Below, piece by piece: positions 8,917 to 18,749 of a stretch of 64,000 nt of DNA (positions are counted from its first letter, which is position 1; the number at the start of each line of letters is the position of its first letter). The stretch is from the NCBI GenBank assembly GCA_028713535.1, contig JAQTOC010000002.1, positions 9,090 to 73,089 of the forward strand, written 5' to 3'. The translations under genes and the position numbers were made by a program. Below the pieces are notes generated by a model, which was not told the DNA's origin, did not search any database, and saw only the letters and a list, made by a program, of their open reading frames with translations. The DNA is from Candidatus Nanoarchaeia archaeon. GTDB lineage: Archaea > Nanobdellota > Nanobdellia > SCGC-AAA011-G17 > JACPNG01.

Positions 8917-10773
8917 ATGGATTTGATATTTCCCTATGAAGGAATAAGAGACATACAAAAAACCTTTATGAATGACTTACTTGGTGCTCTAAAGGAGAAT
9001 AAGAACATTCTTATCCACGCTCCTACTGGAATAGGAAAGACTGCTGCAGCACTTGCCCCAGCCTTGACATATGCCCTGAAAACAAACAAAACCCTGTTTT
9101 TCTTGACTTCAAGGCATACCCAGCATAAAATTGCTATTGAAACCCTGAAAAAAATTCAGGAAAAGAACAATCTTTCATTTAAGGTGGCAGATTTTATTGG
9201 AAAAAAATGGATGTGCCTTGTCTCAGGGGTTGAGCAGTTAACAGCTTCAGAGTTTGCAGAATACTGCAAGGAGGCAGTAAAAAAAGACAACTGCGAATAT
9301 TTTCTCAGGCTTAGAAACAAAAATCAGCTGTCTGTAGAAACTAAAAAAGTCCTTGAGTCAATAAACTGTGCAACTGAAGTTGAAAAAGTATGCAGCCTTT
9401 GCAACGAAAATGGGATATGCCCATATGAAACTACTTTATTGTTGGCAAAAGAGGCAAACGTGATTATTGCAGATTACTTTCATGTTTTAAATCCTCATAT
9501 AAGAACAAATCTTTTTGGCAAAACAGAAAAGGATCTTAAAAATTCAGTAATAATCTTTGATGAGGCCCATAACCTTCCAGCCAGGATAAGGGACTTAATG
9601 TCAAATAGCCTAAGCACATTCATAGTTGTTAATGCAGTCAAGGAAGCAAGAGACCTTGGCTACAAGGAAATTTCTGAAGACATTGAAAAGGTTAAAAATA
9701 TCTTGGAAAAGCTTGCCCAGGAAGTTCCAATTGATGTTCTTGAGTCAAAGATAAGCAAGGAATACTTCAATGAAAAATTAAAAGAAATTCTTGATGTGGA
9801 TGAATTAATTGGAAATCTTAGGTTTGTGGGAGAACAGATATTGGAATTAAAAAGAAGAAGCTTTTGTGAATCTGTTGCCAGCTTTTTAGAATCCTGGCAG
9901 GGTCCTGATTTGGGTTTTACAAGAATACTTACAAAAGGTTTTGACAAAAAGGACATTCCAGTTGTAACTCTTTACTATCATTGCCTTGATCCATCATTAT
10001 TGTTCAAGGACATATCAGAAGCATTGATTATTGGAATGTCAGGAACTTTAAGTCCATTGGAAATGTACAAAGATGTTTTAGGAATTGACACAGTTCTTAA
10101 AGAATATGAAGATCCATTCCCCCAGATTAATAGGACTAATTTGATTGTCCCTAAGACAACAACCAAATTCAGTGAAAGAAGAAGTGAAATGTACCAAAAA
10201 ATTGCTGTTTTAAGTTCTGCTGTTGTTAATGCAATCCCAGGAAACTCAATATTGTTTTTCCCAAGCTACGAGTTAAGGGACAATATCTATCAGTTTTTTA
10301 AAGAATATTCTGAAAGAACAATCTTCCTTGAAAGTCCTGGATTAAATAAGATTGAGAAAGAGGAATTAATTGAGAAATTCAAATCCTATTCAAAGTCAGG
10401 GGCAGTTATACTTGCTGTAAGCTCTGGTTCTTTGGGAGAAGGGATAGACCTGCCTGGAGATTATTTGAAAGGCGTGGTTGTTATTGGGCTGCCATTATCC
10501 AGGCCGGATTTGAAAACAAATGAATTGATTGATTACTACCAGAAACGGTTTGAAAAAGGATGGGAATACGGTTATATTTATCCTGCTATGATAAGGATAA
10601 TCCAGAATGCAGGCCGTTGCATAAGGTCAGAGACAGACAAAGGTGCAATCGTTTTCATTGATGAGCGTTATATCCAGAGTAAGTACAGGGCATGTTTCCC
10701 AAAAAACTGGCATATAAAAATAACAAATAGCCCTGTTGTTGAAATTAAAGAGTTCTTTAATGGAGTTAAATAA
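8917..10773 (+). CDS. xpd: XPD/Rad3-family Fe-S DNA helicase
   Basis: APTGIGKT, Fe-S Cys residues, DEAH, SGT, EGID, QNAGRCIRSETD. Confidence 0.9.
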   Translation: MDLIFPYEGIRDIQKTFMNDLLGALKENKNILIHAPTGIGKTAAALAPALTYALKTNKTLFFLTSRHTQHKIAIETLKKIQEKNNLSFKVADFIGKKWMCLVSGVEQLTASEFAEYCKEAVKKDNCEYFLRLRNKNQLSVETKKVLESINCATEVEKVCSLCNENGICPYETTLLLAKEANVIIADYFHVLNPHIRTNLFGKTEKDLKNSVIIFDEAHNLPARIRDLMSNSLSTFIVVNAVKEARDLGYKEISEDIEKVKNILEKLAQEVPIDVLESKISKEYFNEKLKEILDVDELIGNLRFVGEQILELKRRSFCESVASFLESWQGPDLGFTRILTKGFDKKDIPVVTLYYHCLDPSLLFKDISEALIIGMSGTLSPLEMYKDVLGIDTVLKEYEDPFPQINRTNLIVPKTTTKFSERRSEMYQKIAVLSSAVVNAIPGNSILFFPSYELRDNIYQFFKEYSERTIFLESPGLNKIEKEELIEKFKSYSKSGAVILAVSSGSLGEGIDLPGDYLKGVVVIGLPLSRPDLKTNELIDYYQKRFEKGWEYGYIYPAMIRIIQNAGRCIRSETDKGAIVFIDERYIQSKYRACFPKNWHIKITNSPVVEIKEFFNGVK

Positions 10774-11148
10774 TTATTTTTTTCTTTCTGACTGAAATGT
10801 AGAAGCAAGGTCAATTATGTACTTGCCATCCTCTATCTTATACACCAAAGGTTTCCCTTTAAATAACTCAACTATATCCAATTCATATTTTCCAGGTTTT
10901 AAGATTCTTATTGATTCCAAATCAAGAATAACCGGCTTGTCAGTATCTTCTATGCCAATTATGTCAAGAACGTCTTTTTCTATTTGTTCCTTGTCTTCTT
11001 GTGTTAAGTTTACAGTAATTTCCTCTACTTTCTTTAATTCCTCTTCCTTGACAAAAAAGAAAAAGTGGCCGCCGCAAACACAGCCCTTTAGTATCTCTTT
11101 AGAACCATCATCGTATAATTTTCCACATCTGACACATTGGTGTGGCAT
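10774..11148 (-). CDS. oapC: OapC/DUF2072 Zn-ribbon protein
   Basis: MPHQCVRCG...GCVCGG; ESIRILKPGKYELD; operon context. Confidence 0.85.
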   Translation of the reverse strand: MPHQCVRCGKLYDDGSKEILKGCVCGGHFFFFVKEEELKKVEEITVNLTQEDKEQIEKDVLDIIGIEDTDKPVILDLESIRILKPGKYELDIVELFKGKPLVYKIEDGKYIIDLASTFQSERKK

Positions 11149-11562
11149 TTATCGTTTCCTCTTTTTAATAATCTTGTAAGATCTTCTTCTATTTAAACCA
11201 TTTGTGGTTAATAGTTGTATCTTGTTTGGATCTCTTTTTATCTCCTTGATTACAGTTGCAGGCCCGATAACAGTCAATCCGGATTTTACTCCGGTTATTG
11301 CAGAAGCAACAGTTCTTGTAAACTTGTCTAGTGGCCTTTCTCTTTTAACATCAGGATAAACAGTGCATAATTCAATGCCCTTAAAACTCTTGCTTATTCC
11401 CTCCATTGTCCTCTGGATTAACTCGGTTTCTTCCATTGGCCTTAATCTGCCCTCGACAAGAACTATCTTATCTTCCTTGACAAGGTTGAGCAATTTATTT
11501 ACCTTGTCTCCTGAACTTAGATTTTTTATTTCTGAATGCGGGACATATTGTAAAGTCAGCAT
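11149..11562 (-). CDS. oapB: OapB/DUF2073 protein
   Basis: IVLVEGRL...FKGIE...GLTVIGPA; lies between oapA and oapC. Confidence 0.85.
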   Translation of the reverse strand: MLTLQYVPHSEIKNLSSGDKVNKLLNLVKEDKIVLVEGRLRPMEETELIQRTMEGISKSFKGIELCTVYPDVKRERPLDKFTRTVASAITGVKSGLTVIGPATVIKEIKRDPNKIQLLTTNGLNRRRSYKIIKKRKR

Positions 11563-12194
11563 TATCCTATCACCTCAAATAAAGCTTCGTAAAATTCTTC
11601 CATATTTATACCTTTCTCTGCTGATAACCCAACCACTTTGTACTGGGGGAACGCGCTTTCTATGTTTTTTACTTTGGCTTTTTTTAGGTCAATCTTGTTT
11701 CCTACAACCAAGACAGGAATTTCTCTCGCAGCCAGATTTCCGATGATTGTTAAGTTTACCTGTGAATAAGGATTTAATATTGCATCAAGAACAACAACTA
11801 CGCAGTCCATGTTGTCAAGCCATTTTATTGCTTCAATAACTCCTTTTGTTGCTTCCTTTGCTCTTTTCTTTGCTTCTGATTTATTCATTTTGAATTTCAA
11901 GAAATCTTCATAGTCAATCCTTGTTGCAATTCCAGGAGTGTCAATTAAGTTAAAACTGATTGATCTTCCGCCCTTCCCTTTTATTTCGATTCTCTCCTTA
12001 ACTTGAATTTCTCTTGTTTCGTGCGGTATTTTAGAAACCTTTCCCACTTCTTCTCCAAGCCAGTCCATTGAAATTTTATTTGCTAATGTTGTCTTTCCTG
12101 CATTTGGTGGGCCGTACAATCCAAGTTTTATGTGTTTCTTCTTTTTGAATATACTAAACAAGCCTTTAAAGAAACCTTTCACCTTTTTTATCAT
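11562..12194 (-). CDS. oapA: OapA Era-like GTPase
   Basis: GLYGPPNAGKTTLAN, IPHETR, DTPG, NKID. Confidence 0.85.
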   Translation of the reverse strand: MIKKVKGFFKGLFSIFKKKKHIKLGLYGPPNAGKTTLANKISMDWLGEEVGKVSKIPHETREIQVKERIEIKGKGGRSISFNLIDTPGIATRIDYEDFLKFKMNKSEAKKRAKEATKGVIEAIKWLDNMDCVVVVLDAILNPYSQVNLTIIGNLAAREIPVLVVGNKIDLKKAKVKNIESAFPQYKVVGLSAEKGINMEEFYEALFEVIG

Positions 12195-12298
12195 CTATAC
12201 AACCTTCCTTTTGATTTATTCTGGGATTTTAATTTATTAATGTTTCTATACTAAAACATAATTGTTTTAAGAATAACTCGGTTTATTTTAAATTTGTA

Positions 12299-12634
12299 TT
12301 AGTAATAATTTATCAAGGAACGGGTTGTAGAGGCCTTAAATAAATCATATCTTGGATTTATTTTTTTCATAAACTCTTGTTTGTTCCCTGCTTTACAAAA
12401 TTCATTTGCTATTGTGCTGAAAAATTGCCCATCCTCTATCTTTCTGAGATTTATTTCATCTCCAATAATCAGTTCTACTGCGTGTTTAAACTTAAGTGAG
12501 TTTAGCTGAGAAGGTTCTTCTATTCCCTCAATAATCTTTAGTGCTAATTCAAGCTGGTTTTCCTTTGACAAGTTTCCTGGAAGATTATACTCCTTTGAAT
12601 AGGATTTAATAAGATCTTGGATATATTGTTTCAT
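12299..12634 (-). CDS. hypothetical protein
   Basis: 111-aa ORF with TATA box about 25 nt upstream. Confidence 0.55.
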   Translation of the reverse strand: MKQYIQDLIKSYSKEYNLPGNLSKENQLELALKIIEGIEEPSQLNSLKFKHAVELIIGDEINLRKIEDGQFFSTIANEFCKAGNKQEFMKKINPRYDLFKASTTRSLINYY

Positions 12635-12688
12635 GGTTTTTTAGATTGTCCTCAGTTTATAACTATTTTTATACTCTAAGAGATAAAA

Positions 12689-12771
12689 CGCCGGGACTGG
12701 GATTTGAACCCAGATACCCTTGCGGGCCAGGCTTTCCAGGCCTGTGCAATACCAGGTTATGCGATCCCGGC
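12689..12771 (-). tRNA. tRNA-Ser(GGA)
   Basis: GCCGGGA/TCCCGGC acceptor, CAGGC-CTGGAAA-GCCTG, long variable arm GCCC-GCAA-GGGT, G discriminator. Confidence 0.95.
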
Positions 12772-12821
12772 AAATAGAGTTAAAACTAAATTGTTTTTAT
12801 TTAAAGGTTTTTATTTAAGAA

Positions 12822-13124
12822 TTAATCAAGAAGGTCAATTGTAATCTGTACACCTTCAGGAATAGGGACTCTCATTATTAATCTCAAAGCTCTTTCATCT
12901 ATTCCAAGGTCAATAAGTCTTTTATGAACCCTCATCTCAAAATGGTCAAAGCTTGCCTTTCCATCTCCGCATGGTGTTTTTCTTGTGGTTATCTTTAATT
13001 TCTTTGTTGGCAAGGGGATTGGGCCTCTCATCTTTGTCTTTTTTGCCAGCTCTTTAATAGAATTACAAATCTCATTAAGAGAACCTACATCCAGACTGGA
13101 TAACATTATTCTTGCTTTTTGCAT
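12822..13124 (-). CDS. rps10: 30S ribosomal protein uS10
   Basis: GPIPLPTK, RKTPCGDG, FEMRVHKRLID. Confidence 0.97.
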   Translation of the reverse strand: MQKARIMLSSLDVGSLNEICNSIKELAKKTKMRGPIPLPTKKLKITTRKTPCGDGKASFDHFEMRVHKRLIDLGIDERALRLIMRVPIPEGVQITIDLLD

Positions 13125-13384
13125 TTTAGCTTTTTGATAAAATTTGGGTTTATAAAGGTTACCCTTATTAAATTTAAAGAGATTAAATCAAAAATGTTGC
13201 ATCTTTATAGTAACTACAAAAAGGAAGATTTATAAAGAAGAAATCGAGATAAACTAAATTAAAAAAACCCTCTGGAGGACGTATCTGCTCTATTTGATTT
13301 CTGTTTCTTATGCTAGGAACGCTCTTCTTAGAAAAGATGTGTCTGGAAAGAGTGGAAAATGTTTGTTAATGAAAGGAAAATCTG

Positions 13385-14401
13385 ATGAGAAAAATAACTT
13401 TAGTCTTTATGTTGCTTTTTGCAGCAACCGTGTTTTCAGAAGTTAAGTTTAACTTCGACAAGATGATTAACCTCAATCGTCTTGGTCATGACCCCAACAA
13501 AACCCGGTTCGTAATTGATACTGGCGATACCCGTTTTACAATTGACAACAATGAAGACAGGTCAAGTTGGTACAACTTCAAAGCATGGCTCATCAACAAT
13601 GAAGAAACCAAATTAATTGTCGTGCACTCCGGGATTTGGAAAGAAGTAAATGAAGCCTCAATTTATGAGGTAGGAATTGTTTTCAATCAAAAACTTTTTC
13701 TACCCTTCTTTGGAGATTCAAACCTCTACTCGTTTACTTTAGGTTCTTTCCAGAAAGACAACAACGCTCTTTTCTTCTCCGAATTGGCACTTTTCGGAGA
13801 GAATATCGATCTTTATTATAAGGGTTTCAGAACACGAGATCTCGAATATAAAGATCGATATTATCTGGCAATTCATAAAGGAGATTTTTATATGAGTGCC
13901 GGAAAGGGCCAAGACAAATTCCAAGGAGTAATCATAACCCCTGAACCAAAAGATTTCGGATTATGCTTTTTAATCGAGCATAATTGGGAAACAGAGGTCA
14001 CCGAAATCAGCACCACCCTTGGGCTCTCTGAGGTAAATCCTTCTGCATTGGATCTGGACTTCGCAAAGGAAGCATCGAAAGTCTTAACGATTGGTGTTCT
14101 TGAAATTTCAAGACCGATATGGAAAGGATATTTAGTTCTTGGCAGACTTTGTCAACAAACTGATATTAAATTCGGTCCTGATTTTTTCGAAATTAAGATG
14201 GAATTCGGAGGAGAAATATTTCCTAACCTTTCTTTGGGAGGCGGTTTCTTCTTCCAAACTAAAGACAAGGAAACAATCTTTTCCCCTTCTGCCTCAGGAA
14301 TGTGGAAGATTCCTCTCTCTGAGAACGTCGCTATCCATATTGAGGGTAACTGGAGAAATGGAAACGCATCCGCCCTGACAAAGATGGCAGTTTCGTTTTA
14401 A
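13385..14401 (+). CDS. secreted beta-strand-rich orphan, outer-membrane beta-barrel-like
   Basis: Signal peptide MRKITLVFMLLFAATVFS, alternating amphipathic strands, C-terminal ...LTKMAVSF; uses CGN Arg codons, which are rare in neighbours. Confidence 0.6.
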   Translation: MRKITLVFMLLFAATVFSEVKFNFDKMINLNRLGHDPNKTRFVIDTGDTRFTIDNNEDRSSWYNFKAWLINNEETKLIVVHSGIWKEVNEASIYEVGIVFNQKLFLPFFGDSNLYSFTLGSFQKDNNALFFSELALFGENIDLYYKGFRTRDLEYKDRYYLAIHKGDFYMSAGKGQDKFQGVIITPEPKDFGLCFLIEHNWETEVTEISTTLGLSEVNPSALDLDFAKEASKVLTIGVLEISRPIWKGYLVLGRLCQQTDIKFGPDFFEIKMEFGGEIFPNLSLGGGFFFQTKDKETIFSPSASGMWKIPLSENVAIHIEGNWRNGNASALTKMAVSF

Positions 14402-14403
14402 AT

Positions 14404-14451
14404 GGATACTAAAGAGTTGGCCGGAGAAATTCGGCCTCTCTTTTTGTATCT
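14404..14451 (+). terminator. GC hairpin with GAAA tetraloop followed by T-rich tract
   Basis: GGCCGGA-GAAA-TTCGGCC then TCTCTTTTTG; outer GGATAC/GTATCT helix. Confidence 0.55.
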
Positions 14452-14540
14452 AAAGTATATATAAGTATTAAGGATAAACCACAAAATAAAAACAATAATC
14501 TTGATTTACAAAAAATAAATAAGAAAAATAAGAAGTAAAT

Positions 14541-15821
14541 TTACTTCTTTACGTAATCCAAACAAATACCTGCAGCAACAGTCAATCCAGCGTCTCTGAT
14601 TGCAAATCTTGCCATGTGTGGTATGTCTCTCTGTCTTTCAATAACCAATGGCTTGTTAGGTTTTAATCTTACAATGGCTGCGTCTCCAGTTTTTATGAAA
14701 TCTGGGTTCTGCTCCAATACCTCACCTGTAGCAGCATTCAATTTTTTCTGTATTTCAATAAACTGGCAGGCAATCTGTGCTGTGTGTATGTGGAATACAG
14801 GAGTGTATCCTTTTGTGATAACAGTTGGGTGATTTAATACAACAATTTGTGCTGTAAATTCAGTTACAACCGTTGGTGGATTGTTTTCATGTCCAAGAAC
14901 ATCTCCTCTTGCAATATCCTTCTTGCCGATTCCTCTTACGCTGAATCCTATGTTGTCTCCAGGTATTGCTTCCTGAATCTGTTCGTGGTGCATTTCTATG
15001 CTTTTAACTTCTCCTTTTACACCGGTTCCTTCCCTAGCAGGTAATACTATAATCTTATCACCGACTTTCATAACTCCTGTTTCAACCTTACCAACTGGAA
15101 CTACTCCAATACCAGTTATGTTGAATACGTCCTGGATTGGAAGTCTCAATGGTAAGTTTGTTGGTTTTTCAGGCTCTTTGAACAGGTCAAGCTGCTCAAC
15201 TAGAGTTGGTCCTTTATACCAGGACATCTTGTCAGATCTCTTGACAACGTTTTCTCCTTGTAATGCACTTATAGGTATGATTGGCATATTGTCTGTCTTG
15301 AATCCTGCTGTCTTCAATAATGTGGTCAACTCAGCCTTTACCTTGTTGTATGCATCTTCTTTGAAGTCAACAGTATCCATCTTGTTTACAATAACACCCA
15401 TTTGTGCTACTCCAAGTGTTTTACATAACCATGCATGCTCCTTAGTCTGTGCCATGATCCCTTCTTTGGCAGCAACAACCAAGAATGCAATATCAGCTTG
15501 TGAAGCTCCTGTAATCATGTTTTTAATGAAGTCTTTGTGTCCAGGGGCATCAATTACAGTATACTCAAATTTACTTGTCATAAACTTTTTGTGAGACAAA
15601 TCAATTGTAACTCCCCTTTCTCTTTCTTCTTTAAGATTATCCATAACGAATGCAAATTCGAATCCTTTCTTACCTAATTCCTCAGCTTTTTCTTTGAGCT
15701 TTCTCATTGCCTGCTCATCAATGTTTCCTGAGTCATACATCAACCTACCTACAGTGGTTGATTTACCATGGTCTACGTGACCTACAAACACAATATTTAC
15801 GTGTGGTTTTTGTTTTGCCAT
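14541..15821 (-). CDS. tuf: elongation factor 1-alpha
   Basis: [27 protein letters not shown], archaeal type. Confidence 0.98.
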   Translation of the reverse strand: MAKQKPHVNIVFVGHVDHGKSTTVGRLMYDSGNIDEQAMRKLKEKAEELGKKGFEFAFVMDNLKEERERGVTIDLSHKKFMTSKFEYTVIDAPGHKDFIKNMITGASQADIAFLVVAAKEGIMAQTKEHAWLCKTLGVAQMGVIVNKMDTVDFKEDAYNKVKAELTTLLKTAGFKTDNMPIIPISALQGENVVKRSDKMSWYKGPTLVEQLDLFKEPEKPTNLPLRLPIQDVFNITGIGVVPVGKVETGVMKVGDKIIVLPAREGTGVKGEVKSIEMHHEQIQEAIPGDNIGFSVRGIGKKDIARGDVLGHENNPPTVVTEFTAQIVVLNHPTVITKGYTPVFHIHTAQIACQFIEIQKKLNAATGEVLEQNPDFIKTGDAAIVRLKPNKPLVIERQRDIPHMARFAIRDAGLTVAAGICLDYVKK

Positions 15822-15970
15822 ATTGTCAAATCCTCCCTAAATCTCTAAAATTAGGATATTTTTATCTTTCAAGTGGAAAAATTATTAGTATATAAACCTT
15901 TTCTTTTTAAAACCAAAAAATATGGGCAGAAACTGGTATAATCCATATATTTATATATACTTAAAAAGTA

Positions 15971-16006
15971 AAAAACCGGCAAACTAAATTTTTGTTTTAG
16001 TTTGCC
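15971..16006 (-). terminator. hairpin plus U-tract after orphan gene
   Basis: GGCAAACTAAA...TTTAGTTTGCC 11-bp stem followed on the minus strand by GGTTTTTT. Confidence 0.55.
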
Positions 16007-16017
16007 ATAAATGTGGA

Positions 16018-16344
16018 CTAAACCGTTTCTCCAATTCTTTTCAGTTGCTCTATCCGTGCTGCTATTCTCTTTTGTTTCCAAATACTAAGTTTGTAGTGTT
16101 CTAACAGCGCTTGGAGTATGTCCAGCTCGAGTCCAAAAAACTCAGAGCAGAGTACTCTCGTCTTTTCTATAAGATCTGGGAGGAGCATATTATCAAGGTC
16201 ATCGTTGCTAAGAGAATTGCTGGAATTTCTTTCCTTTATAAGGTTGTAAACAAGAGAGTTTTCCCAATCCTTAAAGTCCTTTACTCTCAACTTTCTTAAT
16301 TTTCTACCTAACTTTAAATGATAAATGTGAAATTTTTTACGCAT
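16018..16344 (-). CDS. orphan hypothetical protein inserted between fusA and tuf
   Basis: ATG at 16344 preceded by GAAAGGA; 108 aa, basic N-terminus. Confidence 0.5.
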   Translation of the reverse strand: MRKKFHIYHLKLGRKLRKLRVKDFKDWENSLVYNLIKERNSSNSLSNDDLDNMLLPDLIEKTRVLCSEFFGLELDILQALLEHYKLSIWKQKRIAARIEQLKRIGETV

Positions 16345-16468
16345 AAGAAAATCCTTTCTCCGGCTTTGCCGGTGTATCCTCAAAAGAGAACACAGTTAGA
16401 ATTATAATAAAAATTTAGTACATTAAACGTTAAATTAACAAAAAGAAAATAAAGGTTATTTAAAAGTT

Positions 16469-18640
16469 TTATTGATTTTCAGTCAAGCCCTTCCTGTTTC
16501 TGATGCTGGCTATTACCTTGTTTTGTAATGTCTCTGGAAGTTTCTCAAATACCTGGTCTACGACAAAGTAAACTCCTCTTCCACCAGTGGCAGACCTTAA
16601 GTCAGAACTTAACCCAAACATTTCAGCTACTGGTAATTTTGCTTTGACAGTCATTGTAACTCCTTCCTGTTTCATGTCAATTAACTGTCCCCTTTTGTTT
16701 TGTATTAATTTGGAAACCTCTCCCATATACTCAGAAGGCGCATCTATTTGTAATACCTGCAATGGCTCGAATATTACTGGCTTGGCCATGTTTATGGCCT
16801 CTCTTAATCCGTCTCTTACAGCAGGCAATACCTGTGCTGGGCCCCTGTGAATAGCATCTTCGTGTAATTTTAAGTCCATAATTCTGACTAACATTTTCAT
16901 TCCAGGCTCTCTTGCTAGGACACACATATCCATAACCTGCTCAAAACCATCGATTATTAATTCTATAACTTCTCCAATATGGACAATACCCCTTGTGTTG
17001 TCCACAATCATGTTTCCATGGTAAACATCTCTTATTGATTTTGCATCCTTCATTGGAATTCCAAGTGTTTCTAGTTTCTTGAAAGTCTCCATGTCAGATT
17101 TCTTTAATCTTCCCTCTGGAATTTCTCCTGCTTTTATTGCCTGATACAAGTTGTCTTCCAAAGGCTCGATTGTGAAATAAAATTTGTTGTGTTTGTTTGG
17201 TGATTTTCCTTCAGCTTCTGGGGATTTTGTTTGTATTGTTTCCCTGTAAACTACAATTGGAGGTGAAGTTTTAACCTGCAACCCTTTTTCAGTTTTGATT
17301 CTGTTTTCAATGACTTCTAAATGTAGCTCACCCATTCCGGAAATTAGATTTTCCCCTGTTTCATCATTAATCTCAATTTTAATTGTTGGGTCTTCCTTGT
17401 TAACCTGCTTTAATACCTCAACAAGTTTTGCTAAGTCACCAGAGCTTACTGGCTCAATTGATTTTGTGATTACAGGATCAAATATGTGTTTAATGGCCTC
17501 GAATGGTTCCATTGGCTTGCTCGAAATTGTTTCTCCTGAGAATGTATTTTTTAATCCAACCAAGCCAATTATGTTTCCAGCAGGGCTGTCTTCTACCTGG
17601 ATTCTCTGTGCTCCTTTGTAAATATTAACTTGCTGGACTCTGACCTCTCTTTTTGCACCATTCATGTAAAGAATGTCTCCCTGTTTTACAGTCCCAGAAA
17701 ATAACCTTCCGCAAGCAACTTCTCCTGCATGCTTGTCAATTACTATTTTAGTTACGATAAATGCAACAATCCCGTTGGGATCGCAGTGTGTTAATGATTT
17801 TCCTTCTTCGCTTTCAGGATCGCCGTGCCATATTCTTGGAATCCTGTACTTTTGTGCCTCCAAGGGATTTGGATGATGTTTAATTACCATTCCCAAAACA
17901 ACTTCGTGCAATGGAGCTTTTTTTGATAATTTTTTATATTCTTCTTCTCCAGCTTCATAAGCAGAAATCACATCCTTGAAGCTGATATTTTTGTCTTTCA
18001 TGTAAGGAAAGCTCAATGCCCACTTGTGGAAAGCAGATCCAAAAGCAACAGCTCCTGCCTGAACATTTGCTATCCATTTTTCTTTGAATTCATCCGGAGC
18101 AACGCTCTGAATATATTTGTTAACATCAGTTATAATCTTCATGAATCTTTCAGACATTTGTTCAGGGGTTAATTTAACTTCCTTGATCAATCTGTCAACC
18201 TTGTTGATGAATAAAACAGGTTTTACCCTTTCTCTCAATGCCTGTTTTAATACAGTTTCTGTCTGGGGCATCATTCCTTCAACAGCGTCTACTAAGACAA
18301 TGGCACCATCAACAGCTCTCATTGCTCTTGTAACGTCCCCCCCAAAGTCAACGTGTCCAGGAGTATCAATTAAGTTGATCAGGTAGTCTTCACCCTTAAC
18401 ATGATGAATCATTGAAACAGAAGCAGCGTCGATTGTAATTCCTCTTTCCTGCTCGTCAGCGTGGAAATCCAAAGCTAGCTGTCTTCCTGCCAATTCTTCA
18501 GACATCATTCCAGCTCCAGCTAGCAAGTTGTCTGAAAATGTTGTTTTTCCATGATCGATATGAGCGCAAATAGCAATGTTTCTGATTTTTTCTGGTTTTC
18601 TTGAAAGTTCCCTTACCTTATCGATCATCTTGTCAGCCAT
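16469..18640 (-). CDS. fusA: elongation factor 2
   Basis: AHIDHGKTT, ERGITI, DTPGH, diphthamide-site LHEDAIHRG. Confidence 0.98.
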   Translation of the reverse strand: MADKMIDKVRELSRKPEKIRNIAICAHIDHGKTTFSDNLLAGAGMMSEELAGRQLALDFHADEQERGITIDAASVSMIHHVKGEDYLINLIDTPGHVDFGGDVTRAMRAVDGAIVLVDAVEGMMPQTETVLKQALRERVKPVLFINKVDRLIKEVKLTPEQMSERFMKIITDVNKYIQSVAPDEFKEKWIANVQAGAVAFGSAFHKWALSFPYMKDKNISFKDVISAYEAGEEEYKKLSKKAPLHEVVLGMVIKHHPNPLEAQKYRIPRIWHGDPESEEGKSLTHCDPNGIVAFIVTKIVIDKHAGEVACGRLFSGTVKQGDILYMNGAKREVRVQQVNIYKGAQRIQVEDSPAGNIIGLVGLKNTFSGETISSKPMEPFEAIKHIFDPVITKSIEPVSSGDLAKLVEVLKQVNKEDPTIKIEINDETGENLISGMGELHLEVIENRIKTEKGLQVKTSPPIVVYRETIQTKSPEAEGKSPNKHNKFYFTIEPLEDNLYQAIKAGEIPEGRLKKSDMETFKKLETLGIPMKDAKSIRDVYHGNMIVDNTRGIVHIGEVIELIIDGFEQVMDMCVLAREPGMKMLVRIMDLKLHEDAIHRGPAQVLPAVRDGLREAINMAKPVIFEPLQVLQIDAPSEYMGEVSKLIQNKRGQLIDMKQEGVTMTVKAKLPVAEMFGLSSDLRSATGGRGVYFVVDQVFEKLPETLQNKVIASIRNRKGLTENQ

Positions 18641-18749
18641 ATGAATTACTCCTTAAATTAGTTATTTGATAAGAGGTTTGGTTTTTATTTATTTTATAAA
18701 TGTTTTGGTTTATAGAAAAAGATATAAAGTGTTATTTTTTTAGGATAAG

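Noticed and set aside
12195..12298. Possible replication origin next to oapABC, as in haloarchaea
   Set aside because: Short spacer, no ORB-like repeats with G-strings and no orc1/cdc6 in the window
13261..16400. Integron attC sites or a c-di-GMP riboswitch in insert flanks (GGCAAA/GCAAAGC words)
   Set aside because: No RYYYAAC...GTTRRRY-bounded palindromes; the two-stem GEMM consensus is not met
16469..18640. Non-canonical EF-2 paralogue lacking the diphthamide site
   Set aside because: The HEDAIHRG motif is canonical
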